64,000 nt of DNA. It comes from Candidatus Krumholzibacteriota bacterium. GTDB taxonomy: Bacteria > Krumholzibacteriota > Krumholzibacteriia > LZORAL124-64-63. Positions within the stretch are counted from its first letter, which is position 1. Each line of letters begins with the position of its first letter. The notes beneath the pieces are model-generated. The model made no database searches and was not told the DNA's origin. It saw only the letters and a program-made list of their open reading frames with translations. This document shows positions 41,750 to 52,383 of the stretch, one piece after another. The stretch is taken from positions 24,788-88,787 of the forward strand of contig JBDLKA010000005.1 of assembly GCA_039714075.1 (NCBI GenBank), in the 5' to 3' direction. The translations under genes and the position numbers were made by a program.

Positions 41750-43078
41750 ATGAAACGAATCCTGATCGCCACCTGTGCCGTGGCCTTCCTCCTGACCGGC
41801 GCCGCCCTGGCCGCCGAAGAAACAGTGGCCGGCAAGTGCATGACCTGCCACAAGGAAAAGTCACTCGGTCTTTACAACCAGTGGTACAAAAGCGAACACG
41901 CCAAGCACAACGTGACCTGCCTGGACTGTCACAAGGCCGCCGAGGGGGACAGCGACAGCTACATGCATGAGGGCGCCCTGATCGCGACCCTGGTCACTCC
42001 CAAGGATTGCGGCAAGTGCCACGAGAAGGAGGCCCAGCAGGTCAACGACAGCTACCACGCGCACGCCGGAGAGATCCTCGATTCCAAGGACGCCTATCTG
42101 GCCCACGCCGCGGGCGGCGCGCCGGCTGCGATCGCCGGCTGCGAAAGCTGCCACGGCAGCAAGGTCAAGATCGATCCGGACAGCCCCAACAAGCTGGACC
42201 GCTTGAGCTGGCCCAACAGCGGCATCGGCCGGATCAACCCCGACGGCAGCAAGGGCGCCTGCACGGCCTGCCATACCCGGCACGCCTTCAGCGTCAAGCA
42301 GGCCCGCCAGCCCGAAGCCTGCTCCAAGTGCCACCTGGGCCCGGACCATCCGCAGAAGGAAGTCTACGAGGAGTCCAAGCACGGCAACGCCTACTACACC
42401 CACAAGGACGAGATGAACCTCGATTCCGACCGCTGGGTCGTGGGCGTGGACTATTATGAAGCCCCCACCTGTGCCACCTGCCACATGTCGGCCACGCCCA
42501 AGCAGCCCATCACACATGACGTCGGGCAGCGCATCAGCTGGACCCTGCGTCCGCCGGTGTCGGTGACCAAGGAAGACTGGGAAACCAAGCGGGCCAACAT
42601 GAAGGATGTCTGCATCAACTGCCACGGAGCCGCTTTCGTGGACGGCCATTACGCCCAGTTCGACGGCATCGTCAACCTTTACAACGAGAAGTACGCCAAG
42701 CCGGGCCTGGCCTTGTACAAGAAGGCCAAGGAACTCAAGCTGGGCGAAGGGGTCGCCAACTTCTCCAACAAGTACGAGTGGATCTGGTGGGAGATCTGGC
42801 ACCACGAAGGCCGCCGCGCGCGCCACGGCGCCGCCATGATGGGCCCCGACTATACCTGGTGGCACGGCATCTACGAGGTCGCGCAGCACTTCTACTTCAA
42901 GTACATCCCCGAGTTGCGGAAATTCCACAACCCGGAGCTGGACAAGATGATCGACGAAGTGATGGCCGACCCCTACCACAACTGGCTGAACCGTCCGACC
43001 GCCGACATCAAGGCCGACATCAAGTCGGGCAAGATGGAGGAAATGTACAAGGACATGTACCAGGTCGGAACCAAGTAA
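41750..43078 (+). CDS. Octaheme c-type cytochrome, hydroxylamine oxidoreductase (HAO) family, reductive type
   Basis: AAGGAG RBS, signal peptide, eight CxxCH, CHLGPDHPQ, HHEGRRARHGAAMMGPDYTWWHG. Confidence 0.88.
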   Translation: MKRILIATCAVAFLLTGAALAAEETVAGKCMTCHKEKSLGLYNQWYKSEHAKHNVTCLDCHKAAEGDSDSYMHEGALIATLVTPKDCGKCHEKEAQQVNDSYHAHAGEILDSKDAYLAHAAGGAPAAIAGCESCHGSKVKIDPDSPNKLDRLSWPNSGIGRINPDGSKGACTACHTRHAFSVKQARQPEACSKCHLGPDHPQKEVYEESKHGNAYYTHKDEMNLDSDRWVVGVDYYEAPTCATCHMSATPKQPITHDVGQRISWTLRPPVSVTKEDWETKRANMKDVCINCHGAAFVDGHYAQFDGIVNLYNEKYAKPGLALYKKAKELKLGEGVANFSNKYEWIWWEIWHHEGRRARHGAAMMGPDYTWWHGIYEVAQHFYFKYIPELRKFHNPELDKMIDEVMADPYHNWLNRPTADIKADIKSGKMEEMYKDMYQVGTK

Positions 43079-43090
43079 AGGGGCGCAGCG

Positions 43091-44638
43091 ATGAAGCGAT
43101 TCCAGCTCTTCATCCGCGGCATCATGACGAACTGGACCGGAACGGCGGGGGTCGCCCTGGCGACCTCCTCCTTCATCCTGTTCCTGTTCTTCGAGTTGCT
43201 GCAGATCGCGGGAATCCTGAACAATTCCTACGTGGGCCTCATCAGCTACATGGCCCTGCCGGCCCTGTTCATACTCGGCCTGGTCCTGATTCCGCTCGGC
43301 TGGTGGCAGTTCCGCCGGGCGACAGGACGCACGACCTCGGAGTTGCTCACTCAGAGATTCCCCGACGACATGACGAAAGCCAAAAGGCTCGGATCGTCCC
43401 TCATGGGCACGATTTCCCTGCTGACGGTGATCAACATCCTGTTTCTCGGCGTCGGCGGAGCCCGCATGCTCCATTTCATGGATACGCCGAAGTTCTGCGG
43501 AACGGCCTGCCATTCGGTCATGGAACCGGAATGGGTGGCCTACCAGAATTCCCCCCACGCCCACGTGCGCTGCATCGACTGCCATGTCGGCGAGGGCGCC
43601 GGCGCGCTGGTGAATGCCAAACTGAACGGCATGTGGCAGGTCATTTCGGCCTCCTTGGACCTGTACGACCGGCCCATTCCAACGCCGGTTCACCAGCTGC
43701 GTCCGGCGCGGGAAACCTGTGAGAAATGCCACTGGCCCGACAAGTTCTACGGCGACCGGATCAAATCCTTCCAGACCTTCGGCTTCGACCGGGAGTCCGC
43801 CGCCAGGCACACCACGCTGGCGCTGAAGGTCGGGTCGGGCGCCGGAGACGCGCACGGCACCATCCACTGGCACATCGCCGAGGCCAACGAGGTCCGGTAC
43901 CAGACCGCGGACGACCAACGCCGGTCGATGGAGTGGGTGGAGATCAAGCGGGGTGACGAATTCCACCGTTACACCAACCGGAACAACGGCGTCCACGGGG
44001 GTGGGGATACCCACTCCCCCGAGGTCCGTTCCATGGACTGTGTCGATTGCCACAACCGGGCGACCCACATCTATGAGGATCCCGAACAGGCCGTCGACGC
44101 GGCCCTGGCCGCCGGACGGATCAGCCGGGACCTTCCCTTCGCCAAGAAGGTGGGACTGGGTGCGCTGCTGGGACGGTACGGCGTTACCAAGGACGACGGC
44201 CTCAAGGGCATCGACAACGAGGTGCGCGGATACTACTTCCGCCAGGAGCACGACGGGCCGGTCAACATGCAGGACGTGGACCTGATGGTCGCAGCACTGC
44301 AGGACATCTACGCCCGCAACATCTTCCCGGGCATGAAGGTGGAGTGGAACACCTATCCCTCCCATCTCGGGCACGAGAACGACGGCGGGTGTTTCCGCTG
44401 CCACAACCAGGACATGGTCGACGAGACGGGCGCAGCCATTCCCTACGACTGCACGCTGTGCCATTCGATCCTGGCCATGGACAGCCCGACGGAGTTCCAG
44501 TTCCTGCTGCCGGCGGACGTGAAGGATCCGGACCGCAAGATGCACGAGTATCTGCGGCGGGAGTTCCTGGGCATTCCCCAGGGCGTCTTCCCGGAGCCGG
44601 ACTCCACGGAAACCCGGGAGGTGTCGCTGGTAGAGTGA
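43091..44638 (+). CDS. Membrane-anchored NapC/NirT-family multiheme cytochrome c (extended, 6 heme motifs)
   Basis: Three N-terminal TM helices, FCGTACH, CIDCH, CEKCH, CVDCH, CFRCH, CTLCH. Confidence 0.82.
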   Translation: MKRFQLFIRGIMTNWTGTAGVALATSSFILFLFFELLQIAGILNNSYVGLISYMALPALFILGLVLIPLGWWQFRRATGRTTSELLTQRFPDDMTKAKRLGSSLMGTISLLTVINILFLGVGGARMLHFMDTPKFCGTACHSVMEPEWVAYQNSPHAHVRCIDCHVGEGAGALVNAKLNGMWQVISASLDLYDRPIPTPVHQLRPARETCEKCHWPDKFYGDRIKSFQTFGFDRESAARHTTLALKVGSGAGDAHGTIHWHIAEANEVRYQTADDQRRSMEWVEIKRGDEFHRYTNRNNGVHGGGDTHSPEVRSMDCVDCHNRATHIYEDPEQAVDAALAAGRISRDLPFAKKVGLGALLGRYGVTKDDGLKGIDNEVRGYYFRQEHDGPVNMQDVDLMVAALQDIYARNIFPGMKVEWNTYPSHLGHENDGGCFRCHNQDMVDETGAAIPYDCTLCHSILAMDSPTEFQFLLPADVKDPDRKMHEYLRREFLGIPQGVFPEPDSTETREVSLVE

Positions 44639-44655
44639 CGCACCGGGCAAGCGAA

Positions 44656-44691
44656 TGCGGGGCGGTCCAGGTGGCCGCCCCGTATTTTTTT
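44656..44691 (+). terminator. Intrinsic terminator of the HAO/NapC operon
   Basis: TGCGGGGCGGTC/GGCCGCCCCGTA stem followed by T7. Confidence 0.8.
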
Positions 44692-44780
44692 GCGAACCGC
44701 CTTCGACCCCGGAGGGAAATACCCTTACCATGGCCCTGATTACCCGGGCCCGGATCGCGACCTTGCACATGGAGAAGACC

Positions 44781-45467
44781 ATGAACAATCCCGACCATCT
44801 TCCCTTCGACGGTTTGCCTGAACTCACCGAACAGGAAATGCTCACCCGCGCCCGGGCCTTCCACGACCTGGTGGTCGGCCGCAGAACGATACGGGATTAT
44901 TCCGACCGCCCGGTCCCCCGCGAAATCATCGAGGCCTGCGTGACGGCGGCGGGCCAGGCGCCCAGCGGGGCCAACATGCAGCCCTGGCATTTCGAGATCG
45001 TGGGCGACCCGGAGATCAAGCGGAAAATCAGGGAGGCGGCCGAAGAAGAAGAACGCAGCTTCTACGACGGACGCGCCAGCGAGGAATGGCTGGAAGCCCT
45101 GGCGCCCCTGGGCACCGACGCCGCCAAACCCTTCCTGGAGACGGCACCCTGGCTGATCGTCATCTTCGAACAACGTTACGGGGTTGGTCCCGACGGAGAA
45201 AAGATTCGCTACTACTACACCAAGGAATCGGTGGGTCTGGCGACGGGTTTTTTGATTGCCGCCCTCCACAACGCAGGACTCGCCTCCCTGACCCACACCC
45301 CCAGCCCCATGGGATTCCTGAACAGGATCCTGGAACGGCCGGGCAGCGAAAAACCGTTCCTGCTGCTGGTTACAGGTTTTCCGTCTCCGGATGCGACGGT
45401 GCCCGACATCACCCGCAAAAAGCCGGCTGAATACATCAGGTTCCGGAGCGAAAGCGACCAGGATTGA
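44781..45467 (+). CDS. Nitroreductase-family flavoprotein, iodotyrosine deiodinase (IYD)-like
   Basis: [29 protein letters not shown]...[21 protein letters not shown]; GGAG RBS. Confidence 0.8.
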   Translation: MNNPDHLPFDGLPELTEQEMLTRARAFHDLVVGRRTIRDYSDRPVPREIIEACVTAAGQAPSGANMQPWHFEIVGDPEIKRKIREAAEEEERSFYDGRASEEWLEALAPLGTDAAKPFLETAPWLIVIFEQRYGVGPDGEKIRYYYTKESVGLATGFLIAALHNAGLASLTHTPSPMGFLNRILERPGSEKPFLLLVTGFPSPDATVPDITRKKPAEYIRFRSESDQD

Positions 45468-45643
45468 ACCCGCCCGGTACGCGGGTTGAATCCCGCCGCC
45501 CTTTGGGGTATCATGAATGGGTAAATGAACCGTATCACCCCTGATCGATTCATGCAGGCTTCAGGTGGGACGGCATCCGGTTATCGGTTCGCCGTCCCCC
45601 AAGCCGGATATGGTCCTGCCGCTTTTAACCAGGGGGATCAATA

Positions 45644-46294
45644 ATGAATACTTGTCACCAGGCCCGATTCCCAGCCGTGATCCTGTTTTCCCTGTGCGCC
45701 CTTGCCGCTCTAATCGCATCCCCCGCCCCGGCCGGCATCGGCGGTCCCCACGGGGAATACTCCATGGCCTACCAGGGCCCCGAAACCCTGACCCTTTTCG
45801 TGGTGCCCGACGGCAGCGGCGACACCTTCGACCAGGCCTTCCTGCCGGTCGGCGGGCGGGTGGACGCCACCATCACCTTGATACTCAGGGACGCAGGAGA
45901 GCAACCGATCGCCAATTTCCCCCGGGAAGACATGTGGCTTGAGTCAGAAGACGGAGGGCTGACACCCTGCCCAATGGGAAATATCGCGGACGCCAACACC
46001 GACGCCAACGGAATGACCTACTGGCAAAACCCCATGTATGCGGGCGGAAACAGCCAGGCCCTGACCGTGGTCATGGTCAGTGGCATGCTGATTGAATATA
46101 CCGTTGGCGTACCCCTGAGCTACAACAGTCCCGACATCAACGCGGACCGGGTCGTGAACCTGACGGACGTGCAGATGTTCACCCTGGATTTTTTCACGGG
46201 ATATGATTTCCGCTCGGATTTCTACCGGGACGGAGTCGTCAATCTCAGTGACCTGCCCGCGCTGGCTTACGCCATCGGGGCGGCCTGTCCCTGA
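45644..46294 (+). CDS. Secreted hypothetical protein with C-terminal dockerin-like double Ca-binding repeat
   Basis: Hydrophobic leader; DINADRVVNLTD and DFYRDGVVNLSD repeats. Confidence 0.6.
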   Translation: MNTCHQARFPAVILFSLCALAALIASPAPAGIGGPHGEYSMAYQGPETLTLFVVPDGSGDTFDQAFLPVGGRVDATITLILRDAGEQPIANFPREDMWLESEDGGLTPCPMGNIADANTDANGMTYWQNPMYAGGNSQALTVVMVSGMLIEYTVGVPLSYNSPDINADRVVNLTDVQMFTLDFFTGYDFRSDFYRDGVVNLSDLPALAYAIGAACP

Positions 46295-46303
46295 CCCCGG
46301 CCG

Positions 46304-49024
46304 CTAACCCGCCTGGGCGGCGATGATGCCATCCGCCGCCTGAAGGGCCTTGTCCAGCCCCTCGGTATCAGGCATACCCGCCTGGGCCATGTTGGGCCGG
46401 CCGCCTCCACGCCCGCCGCCGGCGGCCGCGATCTCCTTGACCAGATTGCCAGCGTGCAGGCGATTGGCCTCCACCAGGTCGGCCGTCACGGTGACAAGAA
46501 GGGTGGCTTTCCCCGCGATTTCCGTGGCCAGGACGACCACGCCCTCGGTCGCCATCTTGTCGCGGACATGGTCTCCCAGTTTCATCAGGGCATCCTTGTC
46601 CTCGGCCGATACCAGGGCCGTCACCACTTTCAGACCCGCGACTTCGCGGGGCGCCCCGAGAGCGTCGTCCAGTGAGGCCCGCGCGGAGTCCTGCTGGATC
46701 CGGGCCAGTTCGCGTCGCAGTTCGTCCCTTTCGCGGATCAGGCCGGCCGTTTGTTGGTCCAAAGGACCGCCGTCCGGCCGCAGCTGGGCGCCGATTTCCC
46801 GCAGTTGGTCCCGTTCCCGGTTGGCACCGGCAAGGGCCGCCCGGCCCGTCACGGCTTCGATACGCCGGACACCCGCGGCCACGCTGCCCTCGCTGGCGAT
46901 GCGGAACAGGCCAACGTCCCCGGTCCGGTGGCAATGGGTCCCCCCGCAAAGTTCGATGGAATAGACGGGACCCTCGTCCTCGGGCTGGTCGTCCGCAACC
47001 CGGAACCCCTGGTGGATCTCGATCACACGGACCTTGTCCCCGTACTTTTCGCCGAACAGGGCCATGGCGCCCCGCTCGCGCGCTTCGTCGAGCGGCACGT
47101 CCTCGTGGCGCATGACCGCCCGATTGGCCAGGATCGCCTCGCCCACCTCATCTTCGATCCTGCGCAGTTCCTCCGCGGTGACCGCCTGGTCGTGCCGGAA
47201 GTCGAACCGCAATCGATCCGCCGCCACCACGCTGCCGGCCTGCTCCACATGGTCTCCCAGGACATGGCGCAGGGCGGCGTGCAGAAGATGGGTGGCGGTA
47301 TGGTTGCGCATGACGCCCAGACGGTGGTCGGCATCCACCTTCAGTCCGACCTTGCCGCCCTCGCGGAAGATCTCCAGCAATTCCTCCGCCGCGGCGCCGA
47401 CCACGGCCACGGAGCCTTCTTCGGAAACCGTCGCGCCGCTCACGTCCAGGCGCGTGCCGGATCCCGTTTCCAGATACCCGATGTCGCCGACCTGCCCCCC
47501 CGCCTCGGCGTAGAAAGGCGTGCGGTCGAAGAGAACGTGCGCCAGCGGCTGGTCCTGATCGTCCCTCCCGGCGGCCCTGACGGCCACCACTTCGGCATCG
47601 GCAGCCAGCCCGTCGTAACCCGTGAAAGCGACCTTGTACCCGGCCAGGTCCCGTGAGGCGTCGAGCGGCTGCCAGGGAGAGATCCCCTCCCGGTAACGGT
47701 TTTCCTTCCGGCTTTGGGCCTTTTGGATATCCATGCAGGCCTTGAAGCCTTCGCGATCCACGGTGAAGCCGTCCTCTTCGGCGACGATTGCCGTCAGATC
47801 CACGGGAAAGCCGAAGGTGTCGTGAAGCTTGAAGGCCTCTTCACCGGACAGAACGGTGCGGCCCGCCGTTCCCATCCGGGCCTTGAATTCTCCGTAGACC
47901 TGCAAGCCCGCGGTGAGGGTGCGGCCGAATCGCTCTTCTTCCTTGCGGATGACATCGAGGACCCGGTCCCGGCGCTCGCCCAGTTCGGGATAGGCTTCGG
48001 CCATTTCATCCATGGCCAGGGCCGCCACCTTGTAAAGGAACGGTTCTTCGACGCCCAGCAGGTGTCCGTGGCGGGCGGCGCGGCGCAGGATGCGGCGCAC
48101 GACGTACCCGCGGCCCTCGTTGGAAGGGACCGCGCCGTCGGTGATGGTGAAGGCCACGGCGCGGGCATGGTCGGCGATGACCTGCATGCTGATCCGGTCC
48201 TCGCCCGCGGCTTTGCGCCCCGAGATTTCGGCCATCTTTTCGATGAGCGGGGTGAAAAGATCGGTGTCGTAGTTGCTCTTCTTGCCCTGGATCACCGCGA
48301 CCAGACGCTCGAAGCCCAGACCCGTGTCGACGCTTTTCATGGGCAAGGGGTTGAGCTTGCCGTCCTGGTCCCGGTCGAACTCCATGAAGACGTGGTTCCA
48401 GAGTTCCAGCCAGCGGTCGCAGTCGCAGACACCCACGGCACACCCGTCGGGATGGTCACATTTCATTTCGGGACCCTGGTCGAAGTGGATCTCGGTGCAG
48501 GGACCGCAGGGACCGGTGTCGGCCATGGACCAGAAGTTCTCCTCGTCCCCCTTCTCCAGATCGCCCAACCGGACGATGCGATCGGCGGGCACACCCACCT
48601 CGTTTTCCCAGATGCCGAAGGATTCGTCGTCGTCCTTGTAGACCGAAACCCAGAGTTTCTCCTTCTCCAGACCCATGTCGACGGTCAGGAATTCCCAACC
48701 CCAGTGGATCGACTCTTTCTTGTAATAGTCGCCAAATGACCAGTTTCCGAGCATTTCGAAGAAGGTGTGGTGGCGAGCGTCCTTGCCCACCTCTTCCAAA
48801 TCGTTATGTTTGCCCGAAACCCGCATGCATTTCTGGACGGAGGCGGCCCGGACGTAGTCCCGGTGCTCCAGCCCCAGGAAAACGCCCTTGAACTGGTTCA
48901 TGCCCGCGTTGGTGAACAGCAGGGTGGGGTCGTCCCGGGGAACGAGCGTGGACGAAGGCACGACCTGGTGCGCATGCCGGGCGAAAAATTCCAGGAAACT
49001 CGAGCGGATTTCTTTGGCTTTCAA
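46304..49024 (-). CDS. alaS: Alanine--tRNA ligase
   Basis: DPTLLFTNAGMNQFK, HHTFFEMLGNWSFGDY, DTGLGFER, HTATHLLH, ELCGGTH, GGRGGGRP. Confidence 0.98.
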   Translation of the reverse strand: MKAKEIRSSFLEFFARHAHQVVPSSTLVPRDDPTLLFTNAGMNQFKGVFLGLEHRDYVRAASVQKCMRVSGKHNDLEEVGKDARHHTFFEMLGNWSFGDYYKKESIHWGWEFLTVDMGLEKEKLWVSVYKDDDESFGIWENEVGVPADRIVRLGDLEKGDEENFWSMADTGPCGPCTEIHFDQGPEMKCDHPDGCAVGVCDCDRWLELWNHVFMEFDRDQDGKLNPLPMKSVDTGLGFERLVAVIQGKKSNYDTDLFTPLIEKMAEISGRKAAGEDRISMQVIADHARAVAFTITDGAVPSNEGRGYVVRRILRRAARHGHLLGVEEPFLYKVAALAMDEMAEAYPELGERRDRVLDVIRKEEERFGRTLTAGLQVYGEFKARMGTAGRTVLSGEEAFKLHDTFGFPVDLTAIVAEEDGFTVDREGFKACMDIQKAQSRKENRYREGISPWQPLDASRDLAGYKVAFTGYDGLAADAEVVAVRAAGRDDQDQPLAHVLFDRTPFYAEAGGQVGDIGYLETGSGTRLDVSGATVSEEGSVAVVGAAAEELLEIFREGGKVGLKVDADHRLGVMRNHTATHLLHAALRHVLGDHVEQAGSVVAADRLRFDFRHDQAVTAEELRRIEDEVGEAILANRAVMRHEDVPLDEARERGAMALFGEKYGDKVRVIEIHQGFRVADDQPEDEGPVYSIELCGGTHCHRTGDVGLFRIASEGSVAAGVRRIEAVTGRAALAGANRERDQLREIGAQLRPDGGPLDQQTAGLIRERDELRRELARIQQDSARASLDDALGAPREVAGLKVVTALVSAEDKDALMKLGDHVRDKMATEGVVVLATEIAGKATLLVTVTADLVEANRLHAGNLVKEIAAAGGGRGGGRPNMAQAGMPDTEGLDKALQAADGIIAAQAG

Positions 49025-49135
49025 AATTCTGCTCCCGTCCGGTACGCCGGATTTTTTGATTCAACTAGCCGTCAAACTGCCGAAACATAAACATGGTATT
49101 GGGTTACCACTGAGCGGGGAATCGACCCTCCCCGA

Positions 49136-49164
49136 AGTTTAAGCGGACCGACGGGTAAGGTCAA
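49136..49164 (-). promoter_or_regulatory. Putative sigma70 promoter of alaS
   Basis: Minus strand TTGACC-N17-TAAACT, about 110 nt upstream of the start. Confidence 0.6.
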
Positions 49165-49238
49165 CCTGCGCCCGAATTGCCTCGGAATTGGGCCAGGTGG
49201 CCCGCAGGCTGCGATCAACCAGTTAGCGAACGGTTGCA

Positions 49239-49604
49239 ATGAGGAATTTCCTGCATTTCCTGTTTTCCATCCTGCTGTGGATCCTCTTCGGCTACTACTG
49301 GTATGTGGTGGTCGAAAGGCAGATCAACCGGGAGCACCTCCAGCCCCTGGGCATCCTGGTCGGCATCACCGCCCTGAGCCTGGCCGTCACCCTGTGGTGG
49401 ATCGCCCACAACAAACGCATCGCCGCCAAGGGGAAACGCAAGACCCTGATGCCCGCGCCGGCCGAACCATTTGAATTCGACAACCTGAACCGCCCTATCG
49501 TCGCTCCGGACATGGCCCTGCTCCAAACCGCGGCCCGTGTGGCCATCAACGTGGACGACGAGGGCAACAAGGTCTACACCGTCGGCGGGGAAGGGGATTC
49601 CTGA
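49239..49604 (+). CDS. Small two-TM membrane protein, PgaD-like
   Basis: Two TM helices then WIAHN plus a basic stretch, as in PgaD; stop overlaps the pgaC start (TGATG). Confidence 0.5.
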   Translation: MRNFLHFLFSILLWILFGYYWYVVVERQINREHLQPLGILVGITALSLAVTLWWIAHNKRIAAKGKRKTLMPAPAEPFEFDNLNRPIVAPDMALLQTAARVAINVDDEGNKVYTVGGEGDS

Positions 49605-50872
49605 TGGATTTCTATTCCCTGCTGGTGCGTTTCGAGAACTCGTCCTTCTACCTGGCCATGCTGATCTATTTCGCCTGGTACCCCCTGGCCACCAGCGTGA
49701 TGTGGATCTTCACCTCCATCCTGTTTTTCCGGCAGAAGGAGGTGGGCGAGACCGATTTCTACCAGACCGGCGCCGAGGCGGGCGATCAGCCCATGGTCTC
49801 GTTCGTCATCCCCGCGTTCAACGAGGAAAAGAACATCGCCGCCACCTTGACCGGCGTACTCGCGGTCGAATATCCCGATTTCGAAGTCGTGGTCATCGAT
49901 GACGCCTCCACCGACGGCACCCTGGACGAAATTCAGTCTTTCCTGGCCGACCCCCGCATCCGTCTGGTCCAAAAAATGGTCAACGAAGGCAAGGCCATGG
50001 CCCTGAACGACGCCATCCCCCTGACCAGGGGCGAACTGCTTTTCGTCATGGACGCCGACGCCATCCCCATCCCGGATGTCTTGAAATACCTGGTGCCCCA
50101 TTTCCGCTACCCGCGCTGCGCCGCGGTGACCGGCAACCCCCGGGTGGTCAACCGGGACAGCTTCCTGTCCAAGCTGCAGTCGATCGAATTCGCCTCGATC
50201 ATTTCCCTGATGCGGCGGGCCCAACGGATCTGGGGTCGAATCATGACCATGAGCGGGGTGGTCGGCATCTTCCGGCGCACCGCCCTGTTCGACGTGGGCC
50301 TCTACAGTCCGGAAATGGCCACCGAGGACATCGACCTGACCTGGCGCCTGCAGATGCGCCACTGGGATGTCCGCTACGAATCCCGCGCGGTGATGTGGAT
50401 GCGCGTCCCCCAGTCGCTGAAAGGCCTGTGGTGGCAGCGGCGGCGCTGGTCCCTGGGCCTGAGCCAGGTTTTGACCCGGCACGGTCGGAACCTCCTGGAC
50501 TGGAAACAACGCCGCTTCTGGCCGGTCCTGATCGAGGCCAACCTGTCGGTGGTCTGGGCCTACATCTACGTGCTGCTGACCATCATCTGGCTGGTCAGCT
50601 ATTCCATGGGCTACCCGCCCCGCGGGGCTTCGCCCATTCCCAACTTCTGGGGCATGGTGATCGCCACCATGTGCCTGATCCAGTTGATGACCGGGGTCAT
50701 CCTGGACAACTCCTATGACCGGGCCCTCAGGAAATACTTCATCGTCGCGGTCTTCTACCCCCTGGTCTACTGGATCCTGATGGCCGTCATCACCGTGACC
50801 ACGGCCCCCGTGGGCCTGAACGTCAACCGCCAGAAGCGCAAGTACACGCTCTGGAAACCCGTCCGGGAGTGA
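49604..50872 (+). CDS. pgaC: Poly-beta-1,6-N-acetylglucosamine synthase-like GT2 (PgaC/IcaA)
   Basis: IDDASTD, NEGKAMALN, MDADA, AAVTGNPR, TEDIDLTWRLQ, QRRRW; flanking TM helices. Confidence 0.85.
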   Translation: MDFYSLLVRFENSSFYLAMLIYFAWYPLATSVMWIFTSILFFRQKEVGETDFYQTGAEAGDQPMVSFVIPAFNEEKNIAATLTGVLAVEYPDFEVVVIDDASTDGTLDEIQSFLADPRIRLVQKMVNEGKAMALNDAIPLTRGELLFVMDADAIPIPDVLKYLVPHFRYPRCAAVTGNPRVVNRDSFLSKLQSIEFASIISLMRRAQRIWGRIMTMSGVVGIFRRTALFDVGLYSPEMATEDIDLTWRLQMRHWDVRYESRAVMWMRVPQSLKGLWWQRRRWSLGLSQVLTRHGRNLLDWKQRRFWPVLIEANLSVVWAYIYVLLTIIWLVSYSMGYPPRGASPIPNFWGMVIATMCLIQLMTGVILDNSYDRALRKYFIVAVFYPLVYWILMAVITVTTAPVGLNVNRQKRKYTLWKPVRE

Positions 50873-52371
50873 CCATGACCCGCCAACGGCACAACTTGAC
50901 GGTCCTGCTCCTTTTGACGCTGGCCGCGGCATCGAGCGGGCCGGTCCGCCTGTACGCCGCCGAAGCCGCGCCGCCGGACACCGCCGCGGTGGAGAAGGTC
51001 ATCAACCCCGAACTGGCCCGGGCCAAGGTCGCCGAGGCCCGGGAGGCCGCAAGCCGCGACCGCCATCACGACGCGGTGGGCGACTACCTGGAAGCCCTGT
51101 CCCACGATGCGACCCTGGTGCCGACCGTGGCCCAGGAACTGGCCTACCAGGAGCTCTGGCGGGAGGACGCGGAGAAATCCATCTTCTATTTCCGCAGGTA
51201 CCTGGCCCGCCATCCCGACCAATCCAACCGTGACGTGCGCAAGGGCCTGGCCCTGGCCTACAGTTGGAGCGGGCGTCAGACCGAAGCCATCGCGCTGTAC
51301 CGGGAACTCGTCCGGGAGGACCCCACCGACGGGAGCGCGCGGATCGGCCTGGGCCGCAGCTTGATCTGGGACAACCGGTTGCACGAGGGTTTCACGGTCG
51401 TCCGTAAGGTGGAGGACGAATTCCCCGCCGCAACCGGACCCGGGAGGGAAAGCTCGGACTTCCTGCTGACGGTGCTGGACGACTACACACCGCACCTGGA
51501 ATTGAAGGCCGACGCCAGCTGGGACTCCGACGACCTGGACATCTACCGGTGGACCGCCACGGGAACCTTCACCGTCTTCGGCAACAAGCTGCTGCAGGCC
51601 ATCCCGGTCTGGGAATTGTTCCAGCAGCCCGGCCAGGCGGACATCACCAATCTGAAACCCGGGGCCGGATTCATCACGCCCCTGGCCCACAACTGGACCC
51701 TGCACGCCTACGGCTGGCTGGACCGCTACCGCTCCGGCGAGCCCCTGTTCGGCGGAACCGAAAAGTTGAAATGGGACAGGTTCGGCGGCGATTTCTGGTT
51801 CACCTGGATCGCCCGGCCCAAACTCAGGCTCGATTTCGGCGGCACCTCCAAACCGGTGGAGACCTTCGTGGCGCTGAACAACAAGGTGGGCTTCAGGCAG
51901 GGCAATCTTTCGGCCGACTGGCGCTTCGCCCGGCATTTTTCCCTGGGAGCCGCGGGCCAGTTGGCCGACTACAGCGACGGCAATGAAAAGCTCAAGGGCA
52001 GCCTGCGCCTGGACTGGCGAAAGGAAGGCCGCTGGGACCTGACCGTGGGACCCGTCCTGACCTACATGGATTTTTCCCTCCCCTACCCCGGCGGTTACTG
52101 GGCACCCGACTGGGTCAGGAACGGCAGCATCGAGGCCACCTTGAAGACCCGGACCGACCGCCTGACCTTCAAGCTCAACGGCAGCCTCGGCCGGGAAAAG
52201 GAAACGGGTTCCGCGGCCCAGACGGTAGGCGGAGCTTCCGGACGGATCGGCTGGCGTTTCAGCCCCGGCTGGCTGGCCGCGCTCGAGGGCGGTTATTCCA
52301 AGTCGTCATTCGCCACCGCCAGCGGCTACAGCCGGACCTTCGCCAGCCTGTCGGTACGGGCCCTATTCTGA
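50869..52371 (+). CDS. TPR plus outer-membrane beta-barrel protein, PgaA-like exporter
   Basis: Signal peptide, TPR-like helices (LALAYSWSGR), beta-strand C-terminal half ending in Phe (LSVRALF). Confidence 0.6.
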   Translation: MTMTRQRHNLTVLLLLTLAAASSGPVRLYAAEAAPPDTAAVEKVINPELARAKVAEAREAASRDRHHDAVGDYLEALSHDATLVPTVAQELAYQELWREDAEKSIFYFRRYLARHPDQSNRDVRKGLALAYSWSGRQTEAIALYRELVREDPTDGSARIGLGRSLIWDNRLHEGFTVVRKVEDEFPAATGPGRESSDFLLTVLDDYTPHLELKADASWDSDDLDIYRWTATGTFTVFGNKLLQAIPVWELFQQPGQADITNLKPGAGFITPLAHNWTLHAYGWLDRYRSGEPLFGGTEKLKWDRFGGDFWFTWIARPKLRLDFGGTSKPVETFVALNNKVGFRQGNLSADWRFARHFSLGAAGQLADYSDGNEKLKGSLRLDWRKEGRWDLTVGPVLTYMDFSLPYPGGYWAPDWVRNGSIEATLKTRTDRLTFKLNGSLGREKETGSAAQTVGGASGRIGWRFSPGWLAALEGGYSKSSFATASGYSRTFASLSVRALF

Positions 52372-52383
52372 CGTGGGATCAAG

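Noticed and set aside
41861-44845. 994-aa minus-strand ORF and other long antisense ORFs (5327-7006, 8839-10971, 29873-31951, 38550-40376, 61265-63496)
   Set aside because: They mirror well-supported genes on the other strand; strong GC3 bias removes antisense stops; no recognisable motifs
49025-49238. Possible c-di-GMP riboswitch or structured leader upstream of the pga-like operon
   Set aside because: Only a GGGTTACC fragment and generic GC stems; the GGCAAA/GACGCAAA core is missing, and the region is explained by the alaS promoter
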